DNA from: Kudoa neothunni
Taxonomy: Eukaryota; Animalia; Cnidaria
Direction of reading: 5' to 3'
Length of the DNA stretch: 64,000 bases
Assembly: GCA_964304625.1 (NCBI GenBank)
Contig: OZ199838.1
Coordinates: forward strand, 13,025,843 to 13,089,842
The notes under the pieces are model-generated. The model was not told the DNA's origin. It saw only the letters and a program-made list of their open reading frames with translations, and did not search any database. The stretch's first letter is position 1, and the number at the start of each line of letters is the position of its first letter. The position numbers and the translations under genes are program-made. Below, piece by piece: positions 14,320 to 29,385 of the stretch.

Positions 14320-17300
14320 ATGGTTGCAGCTGGTCAGTCTGCTATTTCATATCTGTTGTATTTGGAGAAAGGATTCAGTGCGAATGGTGGCGAGAAAATT
14401 CTCACTATTATGGAATTTCCTAAAATAGTGGAGAAAAATAGTTTCCCAAACTTTTTGAAAAATTGTTTCCAAAAGTTGTCCGTTTGTTTTTTGGAGGGAA
14501 CCAACACCGATAGGATGTATATTGTTAATGCCATCGAGAAAATTCAAAACAATATAACTTTGGTAAATTTTGAATGATGATTATCAATGCAGTAGTCATG
14601 TGAATAAATGGCCATATTAAGAAGGCTTATTTACTTCGTTTTTAATATTACCTTAATAATTATGTTCTTTAATTTAGATCAGTGGTTTTGGATCGATTGT
14701 AGATAATTTTCATCAGGTGATCTACAAAAATGACCCACTTTCACGTATAGCAGCATTAAGCGCACTCAATGCATTAGCTCCTTGTTTGCAATTGAAAGAT
14801 ATGGATGAAAAAATGGCTGGTGGCGACAATGGAGTATTATGGGGACAATATTTTACTTCAACGTTCAGCCAATGATAGTCTCACAAAATCGGCGGCTTTA
14901 TCCTCTAATTATCCCCCCTTATTTAAGTCTGCTACACCCTTATCATCTGGTGAAGATGTTATAGCTTATTTCAAGATAATGAATACTATTATTGATTGTT
15001 TAAGCTCAACAAACGAGGACGAAATACATGCAGCTATTAGAGTGGCATCAACATTCTCTAGAATTAATCCTCAATTCTCAAAGATCTTGTACCAAAGGTC
15101 AACGAAATTCTGCGTAATTTTTCTCCATATCAGCTGTGACAAACGAAGCAGCACTTTAATTTATTAATGATAATTTAATTGATTGATTCCTGTTTGTTTG
15201 TTTAGTAACCACAAACAACTCGGTTATCGTTGACAAACTTATCAATCTCTATAGTGCTATGAGCCACCATCTGGAGGGGGCTCATATGGCCTCATGAATG
15301 TTGTTATCAGTTGTTCTGCAGTTATCCATATCGAGCGTTGAACGTTATGACAACCGCCTGTTGCAATTGCTCATCTTTGGTGCATCGTTATTTGGAGTTT
15401 CTTTTGGATATGTTATCATCGGATGAGATGGTCGATGATATCTCAATGAGAACGTATGCTGCATTGCAGTTGTCAAAAATTGCAAAATGTTATCCTTCGA
15501 TTTTCCATGCATTATCGTTTTGGACCATATATGGGATTTGTTGTTTGTTGGTGAGAAGGCCAAAAGACTTATAACACAACCTAAAGGGCTTTTCTTCTGA
15601 TTGGTTATGGATTGGTGATGTGGATTCATTTGGTGAGGTTGATAAAACAATTATTATCTAAATTCTCACCTCAATTATCGTTTAGAAACAATGTAATGAA
15701 CGCTGCGACGGTGTTCATTAATAGGGTTGAAACTATTAGCCAGCTTTTATCTACCCAAGCAACTATAGCCAAGAACAACCTTATTTCATTTTTATTGGAT
15801 TACCTTCGGTTGACGGTATTTCTTAAGGATGGATGTGATTTCGATGCTCGATGTTTGGATGGATTTAAAAATATGTTGGAATGGTGTGTTATGTGTTGCA
15901 AGGACAAACATTTTAATGCCCATTTTTTTCTGGGAATGGAGTTGTATGATCAGTTGTATCTAAAATCGATCCTAAACTTCAGGATGTAGTCAGAGATTTC
16001 GTTTTCAACCTTTGTCTTTCGTTGCACTATCCTCTAAAGTCTCATATAAATTTTTTACCTATTAATAATACAAACATTTAGATATATATTAAAGATTATG
16101 AGAAAAAATCATTCAAAACACTCAACTTTCAGTCGTAGTTCTTGACCGGATTTTTGAGGAAATTTCATGTATCGATTTGCATCGAGATCGATGTGAATTG
16201 TACAAATTATTGTTTCTTCAAGCTAATAACTCTACGCAATCAGAAACAAGATCATATGTCAATGAATGAAATAATGAGTTTATGTTTTCCGTTAGATCAT
16301 TACTATAATAAGTGTCCAGTACAGTTTTATCTGGAGACCTATGTCATGGAAGTGTAGATAATGATGAATACGAAGTTTTTTATTTTTCAAAGAATATTTT
16401 AAATCGAGAAACGAACATTAAAGTATTAACCCTAGTGGGATTGGATTGTCTCTCAGAGGAGATGCATTTAATAGTTTACTTATTCTACGCGGTCTAACCA
16501 CTAGAAATGATATTTCGAAAAGTATCCAACAGTGTTTAGCTTATTTCGCCAAATTAGCTCAGTGCGAATCGATGGTAATGGCGGTGAATTACCATATGAA
16601 TAAGTGTGCACCGTCAGAACAACACATTGCTATCTCAATCGATGTTTTATCGCAGGTCAATCAAGATTTCTCCGATCTAATAACAGTGAATACGTCTTTT
16701 GGTGGTATGCACAAAAATCAAAAAGAATTTCAAGTGATTGTTATAGGATAGTTTTTTTAAGATTCACATTTTTTATTGGTTTAGGAATTTTATCTGTTGA
16801 TTCGTATCGATATACTTATTTTGGTTGGATATTGGCTTAAGTACCAACATAAGTTATTGTCCAATGTGAATAGCCTAAAAAAACAATTGCTATCTCGAGT
16901 AAAAAATATCACATGTAAGTGGGGCCAACTTCAAAATATGGCTATCGATGCAGATAATGATAGCGAACAGTTCCTCAGAATCATTGGAAGTGTGCTAGAC
17001 ATGTTACATAATCTGCTGAATGATTTCTGCAAAAGTTGTGATGATAAACTTGGAGTGGGAAACCTCACTATTATAAAGGGTGGTTTTTGTCAGCATATCA
17101 CGGAGAACAAAAATGCATATGAATGCGCCCCTTTTATTCGACGTTTCGCAGTCGATATGTCAACTGTAACTCAGTTTACTAAAATCGTTGACGTTATTGA
17201 ATCTATTGTGCACTACGTATTACTTGTTGGTTGGCCTATTCCAAAATGTTTTTTCCATGTCGACAACCACACTTGGTGTTTGCTGTGTGTATCGCATGGC

Positions 17301-17729
17301 TCCTCACTCACTAACGATTCCACGATTGTGGTTAAGAAAAATGTACACTTGGTGTTTTCTGTAGAAGGAATTATTAAAGTAGATGAGTTTTTGTCATGTG
17401 TACTCAGTAAGTGAAAAAATTTTTAGCACTTGAAGGACGGCACCAATCCCAAGACTATCGAACGAGTTTCCATCACATTCAAAGCTACTCCTGTACAAAA
17501 AAGCAATTCAACCAGCACAACTCAGCAACAACAACAACAAACACAAACTGTATTAATTCATTCCATCAACGCTTCTGTGGATAAGAACTATTTTCACACT
17601 GAAGTCCAAATATTATTCCAATCCAGTGGATTATTTTCGGTGTATGCTGAAGTCGATTGCGCTATCGACTCAAACGATCGTTCTTGGCGTATTCCATATA
17701 CTTGTTCAAAGCTTACTGTCCAAACTTAA
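14320..17729 (+). CDS. INTS7: Integrator complex subunit 7, multi-exon, with several apparent 1-nt frameshifts
   Basis: LEKGFS..MEFPKIVEKNSFP..FQKLS..GTNTDRM; NDPLSRIAAL; LSSTNEDEIHAAI; SYP; C-terminal LVFSVEGII and NYFHTEVQILF..IDSNDRSW. All are colinear with INTS7. Confidence 0.88.
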
Positions 17730-17831
17730 CTCATTATTTTAATTATTGTGTCAATTTTAAGGTGTAAAAATTTCTAGATATAACGATTTTTGATGTTGAG
17801 AGATTTTTAAAATCTACTTGAGTATCATTTA

Positions 17832-18464
17832 CAGTCAAACCGCAGTTATCCGGAAAATATTTGTTATTTTATTGAAATGACTTGTCGATAAATGTTCGAT
17901 TATCTGGAATCTCGATATCCGGAAATCGGAACAATTATTTGATCATAAGTCCGGATAAAGTGCGACCCATCCACCCAACACGGCACGGCACATACAATGC
18001 AGCATACCTACCAATGCAACATTTAAATCAAAAATATTTCTAGGTTAATGGTTTGTAAATTTTTTTTAAATCTTAAGTTAAGCATTCAGTTTTTATATCA
18101 ATTTGTACTATATCTGAACATACGCCTTTATGTATTATAAACAAGCATTAATTACCGATTATTATTTAAAAAATTCGATTATTCCTCTGTAGACGTTTTT
18201 CCCCATAATTATGTGCTGTTTTTCCTTTAAGTCTCTATATTCTTAGTTAATAGATATGTCGACATTTTTAATTTAAATGGCAAAGTTAAAATATTTTGCT
18301 TAATAATTATTAAAAATTGTGTATAAATCAAGCAACTAATATTTTAACCAGAAAATTCACAAAATACGAGCATATGACATTGTTTATATTCGATTAACCG
18401 GAACCTCGCTATATGAAAAGAAAATCGCTGGTCCCAAATTTTCCGGATAATCGAGGTTAGATTG
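17832..18464. mobile_element. pogo/Tigger-type MITE, family B
   Basis: TA-flanked imperfect 24-bp TIRs CAGTCAAACCGCAGTTATCCGGAA / TTCCGGATAATCGAGGTTAGATTG; repeated internal cgattatccggaa-like motifs. Confidence 0.75.
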
Positions 18465-21400
18465 TATTAAATTGATGCATAATCGACAACATAATTCCTC
18501 TTTCGTAACTTTCTTGCCGTAGAATACAAAATTTCGGTATCGACAAAGTTTTTTTTAAATACCTTAGAACGCATTTTCTGTTCGAGAATTCTGCTGTTAA
18601 AAAATCTTGATGTTCACAATAATATATGACTGTAAAGGGACATTGAAAATGTTTGGTAATAATTTGAATTAAATTTGGAATATTTTTTGAGATGGTTACA
18701 CTTTCTATGAACTCTCTTTGATATAAGCTCAGAAGTCTCATTTGCTTTTCTAGGTTTACGATAATTTCGGTAGACTTTAATTTTCCTTATACCCTCGAAG
18801 CTCTTAGTGTGTGATCTATCATTGTTTTGAAATTATGCAAGCGCAAATTTAAAATTATGTTTTTGTGGAAAATATATTTAATTTTTTATTAAGAACAAAT
18901 AGTAATTATTGAAATTTTAATAAAATTAATTAGTGATATTATATTATTTTTTTAAACCAATTTTCATGACAATCTGTGATATTTCTGAGATTTTTATTCA
19001 CATTATTTTCACAGGAAGTTAGCTGCTTATTTACTTAACTATCAATAATTCTCCACAAAATTTAAAAGACATTTTTTTTTAGTTGGATTATTATAACTCG
19101 ATTTTTGGAAATATTTATAGCACAACTTCGGACTTTGACCATATCCGTTCTAGAAATGTGTTCGGATTCCGAATAATTTTTTTCCCCCTGCAAAATTGTG
19201 AAAAATTAGTTAAATTCTTTCCTGCGCATAAATCAATGATTCATTCTTATTTATGAAAAACATAAATATCTTGTGTTTATAAAATATCAATAATAAATAT
19301 AATAACGAAAACGAAATACAGGAGAAATATTTTTTGGTTGCCATACGATAGATTATAAAAGTTTCTCATTCGATGACGGTCGCATAATTTGATTCAGCGA
19401 TTCTTCTTCTAGGAATTTATTTTCTTCTCTGTTTTTGCTCAAATTAGATTTGTCCTGAATACCATTTATAAACATGATCGAGCTCAAAGGTGTTTCTGAC
19501 TCAAAATTTTCGGTCGAACTCTGAGGTTGCATTGTATATTTAAATAAATTGATAAATTCTCAATCAATCGATGTTAAAATTAGCGGAAAAGAATTATTCC
19601 AATAATCATATGTTAATTATTTAAGTATTTATTAGATATATTAACGTTTCCAATGCATCCTTTTCTGAATTTCGTTAAAGCGACATTTCAAAAAAATCAA
19701 TAATTAAATGATTGTGTAAACTTTGAAAATATACCAAATGACAAAAAATTTATTTAAAAGTGGATATAATCGAAAATTTTCACAATATTTCAACAATTGG
19801 CACGTCCGCAAATATAAGAACACGAATTTACTTTTTATCGGAGATTTTATTGCTACTAAAAACAGTTTAAATCGGTGTAATTTATGTATTTTGGGTAATT
19901 TTAATGATTTAATGTTATTTAAACATTTATTGATATGAAAAAAATGTTAAAATTATTCGTTTGAGAGTCTATTTTCTATATTGGTATAAATAAAATAATT
20001 TAGCTAAAAGATGGTCCAAATGTTCGTTTTAGTTGTTAAAGCCTCAGATAATGATTTTTAATAAATGTTATCATTATGGATCGCCGCTTTTTTTAATTTA
20101 ACGACTAAAATCGATTTTGCTCGAGAATGGCGATCTCTAGTAATAACATTTACGAGTTCGCAGGCACATGATCTGTAATGATAAAATTATATAATGGCTG
20201 CTTTCGTACTCTTTAAATAATAGAATAATATTTTTTGATAAATTGTCACCAACAAAATTAGAATTTTTAATCTCACTTAAGCAGGTTGCCAGACATTTCG
20301 CACTACTGCGTGCGTCGATTAAGTTGATGTTGAAATATTGTATATCAGAGTGATTTTTTTAAAATTTATTGATACCGAAATTTTTGAAAGCAGACGATGA
20401 TTATATGACAATAAAATTATAATAATTGTATAGTCCATTTGCGGCACGTGAATCATTCTATATTCACGTATTCGAAAAAATATTACATTCTCATGAGTTA
20501 AATTTAAAAAAATACTTACAGAAAAGTTTATTTTAACATTTTAAATTTTTTATGTTCACTCAAATAGCGCAACTTTACAAAATTGTTGACGATATATTTG
20601 CCGTTTGTGATTGATCAATCTACAAAATGTTTAAAATTAGTAATTTTATGTTTTGATAAATTCTATGCTTTATTTTCTATGTTGTAGCTCATATAATAGT
20701 TCATAATCTTTTGTATAATGCTAGGCACATTTTGAAATGTAAAAATGGAAAATTCAACAACATTAAAATTTTTCGTTTTGGGTTTTTACATGAATTTTGT
20801 AAAAAAATTTTATTTTTACACAATAAATTCCGGTCACATTTACAATTCAATACTTGTGATATGAATAAATTAGTTTTTTCAGTTTGTAAAATTGAACATC
20901 ATTATATAGAACACTTAAACTCACTTTTTCATCAAAAAGTTATGTTAATAAATAACTTAAATGATTTAAAGTAAGAAATGTGTTAAAATAATTGAAGAAT
21001 TAAAAGTTCGAAAGTTTCGATAAACAGAAAAGGGATTACACGTGGGGACGGTTTTGCTCAAAAAGAGATATGGTTAAAATTTAGAAGTTATTTGGTGAGA
21101 TAGAATTTTTTCATTCCATATTTATATGTTTTATTTAAAATAGCCTTTAAAACATAGACGAAAAAAGGTGCGCAAAATGTTTTACAGGTGCCGCCGGATT
21201 TAGAATTACCAAAACTGTTAAACATGAGAATATAATTTATGCTTGTATTTAACAAATAATATTTTTCATTAGCTAAATGGAATTTTTTATTGATGAAAAA
21301 TAAATTCTGAATACAAATGTGATGTGATGCGAATAATGTTTTGGACGTTCACAATGGAAGTGTTTCATTGATTTATGCATTCAAGAGATTGTTAATAAAA

Positions 21401-21727
21401 GCATCACGTCATTTGATCAAAACGACTCCTTAAATAAAGCTCTTTTTCAAGATTATTCTTAAAAATGAAATATTATTTTGCTCATTTTATTTGGAAGTGG
21501 ATGTTTTAATATTGGCTCACAAAGATCACAACAATTGCTTTAGATGCCCACAATCAGAATTCCTATTCATATTTTCACATTGAGACTTAAAAATATCTCC
21601 GTTCATTTATAATTAAACTGATAGCGCGAAACAACGAGGCGTAACACAAAACTCTGAAGAATGAGTCATCATCACGAGGTGGCCGTCATGCGCACCATTG
21701 ACAGCCTGTAAAGTATCTCTGGGTCTG

Positions 21728-22936
21728 ATGGATTTCCTATTGGGTGGGCTGGCATCAGTGACGGCCGAATTGGGTATTTATCAAAAAAATGACCTAAAAT
21801 AAATTTCAATATAGCGACTTTCCCTGCCGATATGGCAAAGACACGTCTACAATTACAAGGCCAAGTGATTGACGTAGCATTGTCCCAATCAAAATATCGA
21901 GGAATGTGCCACACAATTAAGTCGGTGTGCGCGGAAGAAGGATTTTTTTCCTTGTACAGTGGAATGTCGGCGGCAATTTTACGCCAATCTACTTATGGTA
22001 CCATCAAAATAGGAATTTATCAAAACATGAAAAAATTTACTCATGAAAAGTATATTGGGTTAAAAGTTGGCAACTATTAATGGTTATGTTTGTCGTTAAG
22101 ACTTGGGATTGAACAAAATTTATTGATCAACACATTTAATGGTGCTTTCGCTGGAGGACTCGGAAATTTTCTGTGCAGTCCTACCGACATGTTAAAGGTG
22201 CGATTCCAGGCCCAACAATCCAGCTGTGGCATGGCCATTAAACCCAACGTATTTAAGGCTTTTTCTGAGATCTACAAGAATGAGGGCTTTTTTGGATTGT
22301 ATCGTGTAACTCTTAGCTGTTATATGTCGGTTTTTTAATGTATCCACATGTTGTGAAGGGAGCTATGCCTAACGCACAACGAGCTGCAGTAGTAACTGGT
22401 GTGGAGTTGGCTATGTATGACTCCATAAAAGCTCAACTGTTGAGATTCAATCTGGTAGACGATACACCAATTTGTCACCTGATGTAGGTTATTTAATGTT
22501 TCTTATAACAATAAATTCCAAAATTGATCCCGTTATACCATAGGGCAAGTGGTATTGCTGGGTTTTTTGGCGCACTTTTTTCCAATCCATTTGATGTAAT
22601 CAAGAGCCGTATGATGAATCAAATCAATTCCAAAACTACATCGGAAAAGTCTCCAATAATATACAAAAATTCATTTGATTGTTTCACAACAGTACGGTTT
22701 GTATTATAGATGAATACAACCTTTTTATGGCGATTTAGCTTGTTAAAACCGAAGGACCACTAGCACTTTACAGGGGATTTATTCCAGCCATCTGGAGATT
22801 GGTTCCTTGGAATATTGTGGTATGGTGTTTTCATGTTGGTTTCTAATTATCAATCATATAATATTCTGTGTAGTTCTTTATGAGTCTTGAACAATATCGA
22901 AGTTTGGCAAAGGAAATGGGATTATATGAATTATAG
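21728..22936 (+). CDS. Mitochondrial carrier, UCP5/BMCP1/KMCP1 type (SLC25A14/SLC25A30)
   Basis: Three carrier signatures: PADMAKTRLQ, PTDMLKVRFQ, PFDVIKSRMMNQ. Also LRQSTYGTIKIGIYQ and AQRAAVVTGVELAMYD. Six short introns; stop TAG at 22934-22936. Confidence 0.92.
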
Positions 22937-23591
22937 ATCTCATTCGAGATTTGTATCCATGCTAGTTTGTTACAATAACTATAGGATTATTTATGTGGTG
23001 TATTTTTGCTTTAAGAAACTCATTGAAAATAATGGATTGATTCTTTAATCATTAATTCACCAATTTAAACATGAGAAGGAGAATTTCTTGTTTCTGCTGC
23101 GTGCGATTTAATAGAAATGCCATTGTAAGATTATCGTAAAATTAAAAATTTTGTATATCAAATTTGAAAAAGTTGTATAGATTAAAAAATCATTACGCGC
23201 GTCACATAGCTTTTCGCATGCGAAACGAACAAAAATTTAGAAAATTGAGTTATATTTTGACTAATTAGCATTCCTATTTAACTTAATATTTGCGGTAATT
23301 TTTAATGCAAAACGATTTATAATTTGAAGACACCACGAAAAAGGTATTGTGCGAAGTGTTAAATCTTATTATAAAGCCATAAATCAATTAATAAATATGG
23401 CACTGAATGTGAGTCATCATAAGGAATTCATTAGCGTTACTGATAATAACTTATTGATAATATTCTATCTTTTTTTCTCTCATCGGTTCAGTCCACTTTT
23501 TCATCTGTAAATCAATATCCACAATTTCTCCCTTTGGGAGTTTTTCTTAATTTGGAACGGAACAATCGGTATAATGTCAAAACATCTAATC

Positions 23592-24315
23592 CAATGTTCC
23601 CAACCTTTTTTCAATCTCGCCTCACTTTTTCTTGAAAAAAGATTCCGTGCCCCATCTTTTTAAAAAAATATTGATTTTTTTAACTTTAACTGTTTATAAC
23701 ATTGAATAAAGCTTCTTCTCACATGGAAATTTGTAAGCATTTCATATATAATTATTTTATCATTAAAAATAAAATGTATTCGATCAGATCTAACTCAGTT
23801 TATCGATGGGCATTAAAAATTAACATCTTCAGTTCTTCATTCCTTCAAAAACAGTGTCAAATGAAACTCGTGATAATCCAACCTTTAGTGGGAAAAACTT
23901 TCGTGTATATGGGGCTAATAAACGGATAATAAATAATATAAATACATAGTTAATTAATTAATATTATATTTGATTTAATCAAAAAAGGGGTATAGGATTC
24001 TAAATGAGATAAGTATAAGAGCAAACCATTCTGATTCTATTCGAGTGAAGGACACGTTAAATATTATTATTGATTTTCATATAGTTAGTCATTGCTTTTT
24101 ATTTTTGTATGGTATTAAAAGTTACTCCAAAATAAGCGAGATCGAAAATCGCGATATTGACTTAAAGTACATCATACTGCCCACTTACCCCTAATATCCG
24201 TTCCATAACAATACTCAGGCTTTTCCACGTCCCACCAGCATCAGAGCGGCTGACTAATCATTTAAAAATTTACACATCACACCAATGGGTGAAAGCCCCA
24301 CGTTGGGAAACACTG
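23592..24315. mobile_element. Non-autonomous hAT (Buster-type) element
   Basis: Ends CAATGTTCCCAAC / GTTGGGAAACACTG; perfect 8-bp TSD ATCTAATC (23584-23591 and 24316-24323). Confidence 0.85.
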
Positions 24316-24684
24316 ATCTAATCTGTATGTTTATAATAGTATTCAAGGCAGATCTTGCGTTTGTATCAAAGATCATTATTTCAGATTTAGTGGTTGATTT
24401 AATGGTTACTTGTTGATAATACTTGATTAATTCAACTTATGGGATAGAGTTCAAATTCTTTTCCCACCTACTGACTCATAAGCTATAATCTCCTTGTTTG
24501 TGAAGAAAATTCATTACGCACGACACATAAAATGCATAAAAACCGTCGATAATGTAATTTTTTCAAGACATATTATAGTAATATGTTGCTAATGATATCA
24601 AGTTTATAGTGTGTGAGTTAAATTTTCTGGATATTGATCAATTTATGTTTTATTGCGGTATTACCTACAACCCATAAGTTAATG

Positions 24685-25969
24685 CAGGGGTTCTCAACCA
24701 TTTTTTTAAATTAACCCCTTTAATTTGGAATCTAAATTCATATGTACTTTAAGTTTGTATATTTATTTAACATTCGAATACCTGGAGGTAGGTACTCAAC
24801 GTTTATTATATCAATAACTTTTACAAAATATTTGATTTCCTTTTTCCCTGGGCGTAATTTATAATATAGTGGTGATTTTAAAAATACTTAAGTAATGGAG
24901 TTTTACGTTTAATATCTTCACTTTAAATAAAAAAAAGTTACGCGAATACCTGAACATGCCCATCATATAAATAATAACGTTTTAATAGTTAAAATATATA
25001 AAAAAGTTTTTTTGCAATAAAATAAGCATTATGAATGTATTTTGAAGCAAGGGAGTTTTTTTTAATTCATTTTTTTGTTTCTGTAATACTTTAATTCTAT
25101 TAACTAATTTAATCTGGACTGGAAATTGCGCATATTATAATAATTTTGTTAAATTACATATCATCGAAAAGTAGCAGGTTAAATATAGTTGTTTAAAGTT
25201 TAATTTAGACCACCTTATCATGCCATCAAAATTCAAAATCTAAAAATCCCTAAATTATATATATTTCTTATTCATAAATAATTTATAATGTCAAATTTCT
25301 ATTGATAAAGTACGAATTTATATATTTAATATATTTCTGCCAACAGGGGAGGAGATTTCGTAATAAAATCATGGATTTTGAGAATAAATAAAACCTTGGC
25401 TGTAAAATAATAATAATAAGAAGAAAATGTGAAAAACGAAACAATAAAAATACAGATTATCTCTAATTTTTCAAGCTATTTAAAGTAGGCACAAGCATAA
25501 TTATTCCTGTTCTTCGCATTAACGCAAATAAACGTCTCAAAAATGCATCATTGAGTTATTGTTATATTTTAAAATGTAAAAAATAGCGTAAATAATTATG
25601 CTTCAACCCTAAGTTCAACGATTTTTATTATGTTAATACACTGTTGGGTGTGGTTCACGGTGTCCATCTCCATGTATTCGTGTAACTTTTTTCCTCATTT
25701 GTTCGAGGGTTAGGTATTATTTGGCTGCATTTCTAAATGAAAAAAACGGGGCACAAAACAAAATAACTGATAATAGCTATATGAATAATTGTTAAATAAT
25801 AATTACAAAAAACATTTTAGATATTTCTACCAACATCTTAATTTAGTTTAATAACCCCAAATAATATAACTCCTTAGAAATTTTTAAATACTATAACAAA
25901 ACTTATTATGCAAAAATTACCATATCCGATTTTGATGTCACTTAATTTACCCCTGGTTGAGAAGTCCTG
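24685..25969. mobile_element. Non-autonomous hAT (Buster/Charlie-type) element
   Basis: CAGGGGTTCTCAACCA / TGGTTGAGAAGTCCTG; perfect TSD AGTTAATG; weak BED-finger-like remnant on the minus strand near 25530-25680. Confidence 0.88.
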
Positions 25970-26920
25970 AGTTAATGTATATATTTGTTTGTATTGAGAA
26001 ACAGTCGTAATTCACGACAGTATGTGTGAAAGTTAATAAACAGTTATTAATTAATGATAACAATAATAGAAAGGAAACCATTAATTTTACCTTTGAAAAA
26101 AAATAATTAATGATACGAAAAACCTCAAAATATTCCAATCTGGATTAGGGCACATAGTCAAACACGAGAAATGTTCTTCTCATATCCACACATCTATAAG
26201 ATGTCTTACGGTTCTGAGGTTTTGTTTTTAATATTTCCAATTAATTAAACTCAAAATTGCAATACTTCAACACAAGATTAAAGTTGTTTTAAAAATAAAA
26301 TTTCGATAAATAGCGACTCTAACTGAACATACAGCGAAGCAGATTAATGAAGATTAGCATGAATTATCAATATACATTTGCTAGTACATAACACGTAGCA
26401 CCTCGGTGTTATTTTGGAAAAAAATATCTGGGATAAAGAAATTATTTTTTAAAATCCATATTGAAACTTTTATCAAGTGATAAAATGAACGCTGTTTTAT
26501 GGATAGTCGAGGTGTGAACACATCAAAGAACGCTATAATAACTTAAGTTTCTTTTTAACGACTAACGGCAAAATGACATAATGAAAAAATGTCTTAAAGT
26601 TTAAATGTAACAAGATTTATCAATATTGAAAATATTGATGTCACCGCAATAGATCTATTATAATGACTGGAAAAATATCCCGTTGAATATTGCGATTAAT
26701 AATCAACTGCAGTATTGCTTGTATTTAGATAATTGCATGCTTGGCAATGATTAAAATCATTCTATAATGATATAAAAGTATGAAAATACCATAATTGACC
26801 TAATCTGAGTTAGTCGTGCGAAAACATTGCTATCACATAGATTAGAAACTTAGATATTATATCCACCGCCAATAGCAGCTGCTAGATCACATTAATTTGA
26901 TCGGCATCAACCATCCTAAA

Positions 26921-29385
26921 ATGAATAGATCACGCGCAGTCGCCTCTATCCAATCTATGTAACGAGGCTTCTTTCTACAAACAGATTCGTAATTCAATCG
27001 TTATCTGCCGATTAGAATACGACAGAGGTCATATCCTTTTATTCAAGAAATAATCAATGAAATCTTCCACTGTAATTCCACAACATCACATTTGGATTTT
27101 GTTTTATTTTAGCCAGATCGTTAATAGCAAATTTTTTGATTATTTGTAAATCTAATTCGACGTTTTCTAGCAAAAAGAGTCATTATTAAGTTTTGTGAAA
27201 GATGATTTCACTTTTGTTGACCTTATTGGCAAAGGATCCTTTGGCCAAGTGTATAAATGGTAAATTGGATGTGGGGTGTGACACTTTTATTTTATTCTCA
27301 ATGTTAGTATTCATAAAATGACAGGATTGACTGTGGCTATCAAAACTATTGACTTGGAAAAAGCTGAAGATGACATTGATGATATACAACGAGAAATCAA
27401 TATTCTAGGACAGTGTGATTGTCCAAATATCACCAAATACTATAGCAGTAAAATTGTGGTAATCTCTCTATGTGTGTTGTGTATTGTTTTGGTTTTCGAT
27501 CCCTATCTAGTCAACACAATTGTGGATTGTTATGGAATATCTTGGTGGTGGTTCTGCATATGATATAGTACCTTTGATTGAATTTGAGATATGGGGTTAA
27601 GGTTTTTAGCTTCAATTTGGAGAGATCGAAGAAATTTTTATTGCCACCATTATCAAAGAAGTACTCAAAGGCCTTGTGTATTTGCATGGCGAATTCAAAA
27701 TACATCGAGACATTAAATGTAATTTGTTGAAACTAATTGTTAATTTTTGAATGTGCGTTGTTGTTGCTAGCTGCGAACATTCTTCTGGCTGATGCTGGTC
27801 ATGTGAAATTAGCTGATTTTGGGGTGGCTGGACAAATTTCCGATACATTTCAAAAACGAAATACTTTTGTAGGAACTCCCTTCTGGATGGCACCCGAAGT
27901 TATCAAACAAAGCGATTATGATTTCAAAGTAATTTTGAATAGTAGTAAAATTAATTGAACTCTATTGTTAATTTTAAATAAAACTATAAAGAACAATGTT
28001 GGACAAATTTAATTTTTGCCCTGCTATGATTAATCGAATTATTGTTGAACGGCTTATTTTAGGCTGACATATGGTCACTTGGGGTTACGGTTTATGAGAT
28101 GGCCAGGGGGCATCCTCCTCATCACGAATTACATCCGATGAAAGCTTTGTTCGCTATTTGTAAAGAGAATGCACCCGAACTTGATAGCAACTTTTCGAAA
28201 AATATCCGAGATTTTGTGTCATTATGTCTCAACAAGGACCCCGAATTTGTACATTGTTGCGACAGTTGCGATTATGATAGGATTGATTTATTCCTATAGA
28301 GACCTGCCGCGAAAATTCTTCTTAAACACAAGTTTGTAAAAAATGCCAAAAAAACAAATATACTAATTGATCTCATCGAAAAAACTAAATTGAAAAAATT
28401 GGAGAAAAAAATGAACAACGCCAACCTTAATGATGGCCAACTGTAATTTTCCATTGTGAAATGAAGTTTGTAGTAGCTTTGTTCATTCGATTCTCTAGGG
28501 ATAACAACGATCCCAATAATGATAATATGAACACAGTCAAACCAAACAGTGCACCTGACTGGGTTTTTGAAACAATAAAAGTTGCTAAGGATATGATGGT
28601 CCTTATTTCGGAAGATGGAATGGAAACTGTTAGCAAAGAAAAAATTGATGAAGGCAGTTCCTCTGCCTCCAACACCAAACCCACTATTGCACCTAATTCT
28701 GGAGCTAATATTGAAGATGGTGTGATTGTAAACAAAAACGTTAGTAACAATTTGCTGCACTCACCTGCTGCAGTCACTCCGGTTTCATCCAAATCTAAGC
28801 CTGAAGTTGATGGATTACAAAACGACCACCGTAATTTCGTCATGCTTATTTATTCTTACAATTTATCATTGTGAATGTGTGTATGTTTACACGTGGAAAT
28901 AAATATGTAGGACGGAAATCAACAAAACCTGGTTTATTCCATAAGAAAAAAGCTAGCCAGGATTCCTCAGTCGTGGAAAAAGTCACACAGGTATTTCCTA
29001 AAATTAAACATCTTATCAAATTTGACTGAAACGTTTGTTGGATGGATAGGCTAGCAAAAAAATGTCCACATCTACGCAAGAACCTAAAAATGTACTTAAC
29101 AACAAGAAATCCTCCAAAGGAAATCCTCCGTTACCTTCCAAATCTCAACCCATCAAAAACTCACCTGTTCTATTTCAGATACTCTCAAATGTAAGCTCAA
29201 ATACACTATAATACACTATAATGCTGTTTTAGATCGTTGAAATATGTCCCAATATTGAAACCGATGTGGTTTCGCTGAAGGCCTTACTCAGTATCAATAG
29301 CGATTACCCCAACAAAGTTTATGATAAAATAACAAAATACATCAATTCGACAGTAAGTGCTTTGGCCTCTAATTTGAATGAATAA
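26921..29385 (+). CDS. STE20-family GCK-III Ser/Thr kinase (STK24/25/26-like), many short introns
   Basis: [11 protein letters not shown]; [25 protein letters not shown]; MEYLGGGS; IHRDIK; [33 protein letters not shown]; DIWSLG; HPMKALF; CLNKDP. Start and tail exons are inferred. Confidence 0.92.
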
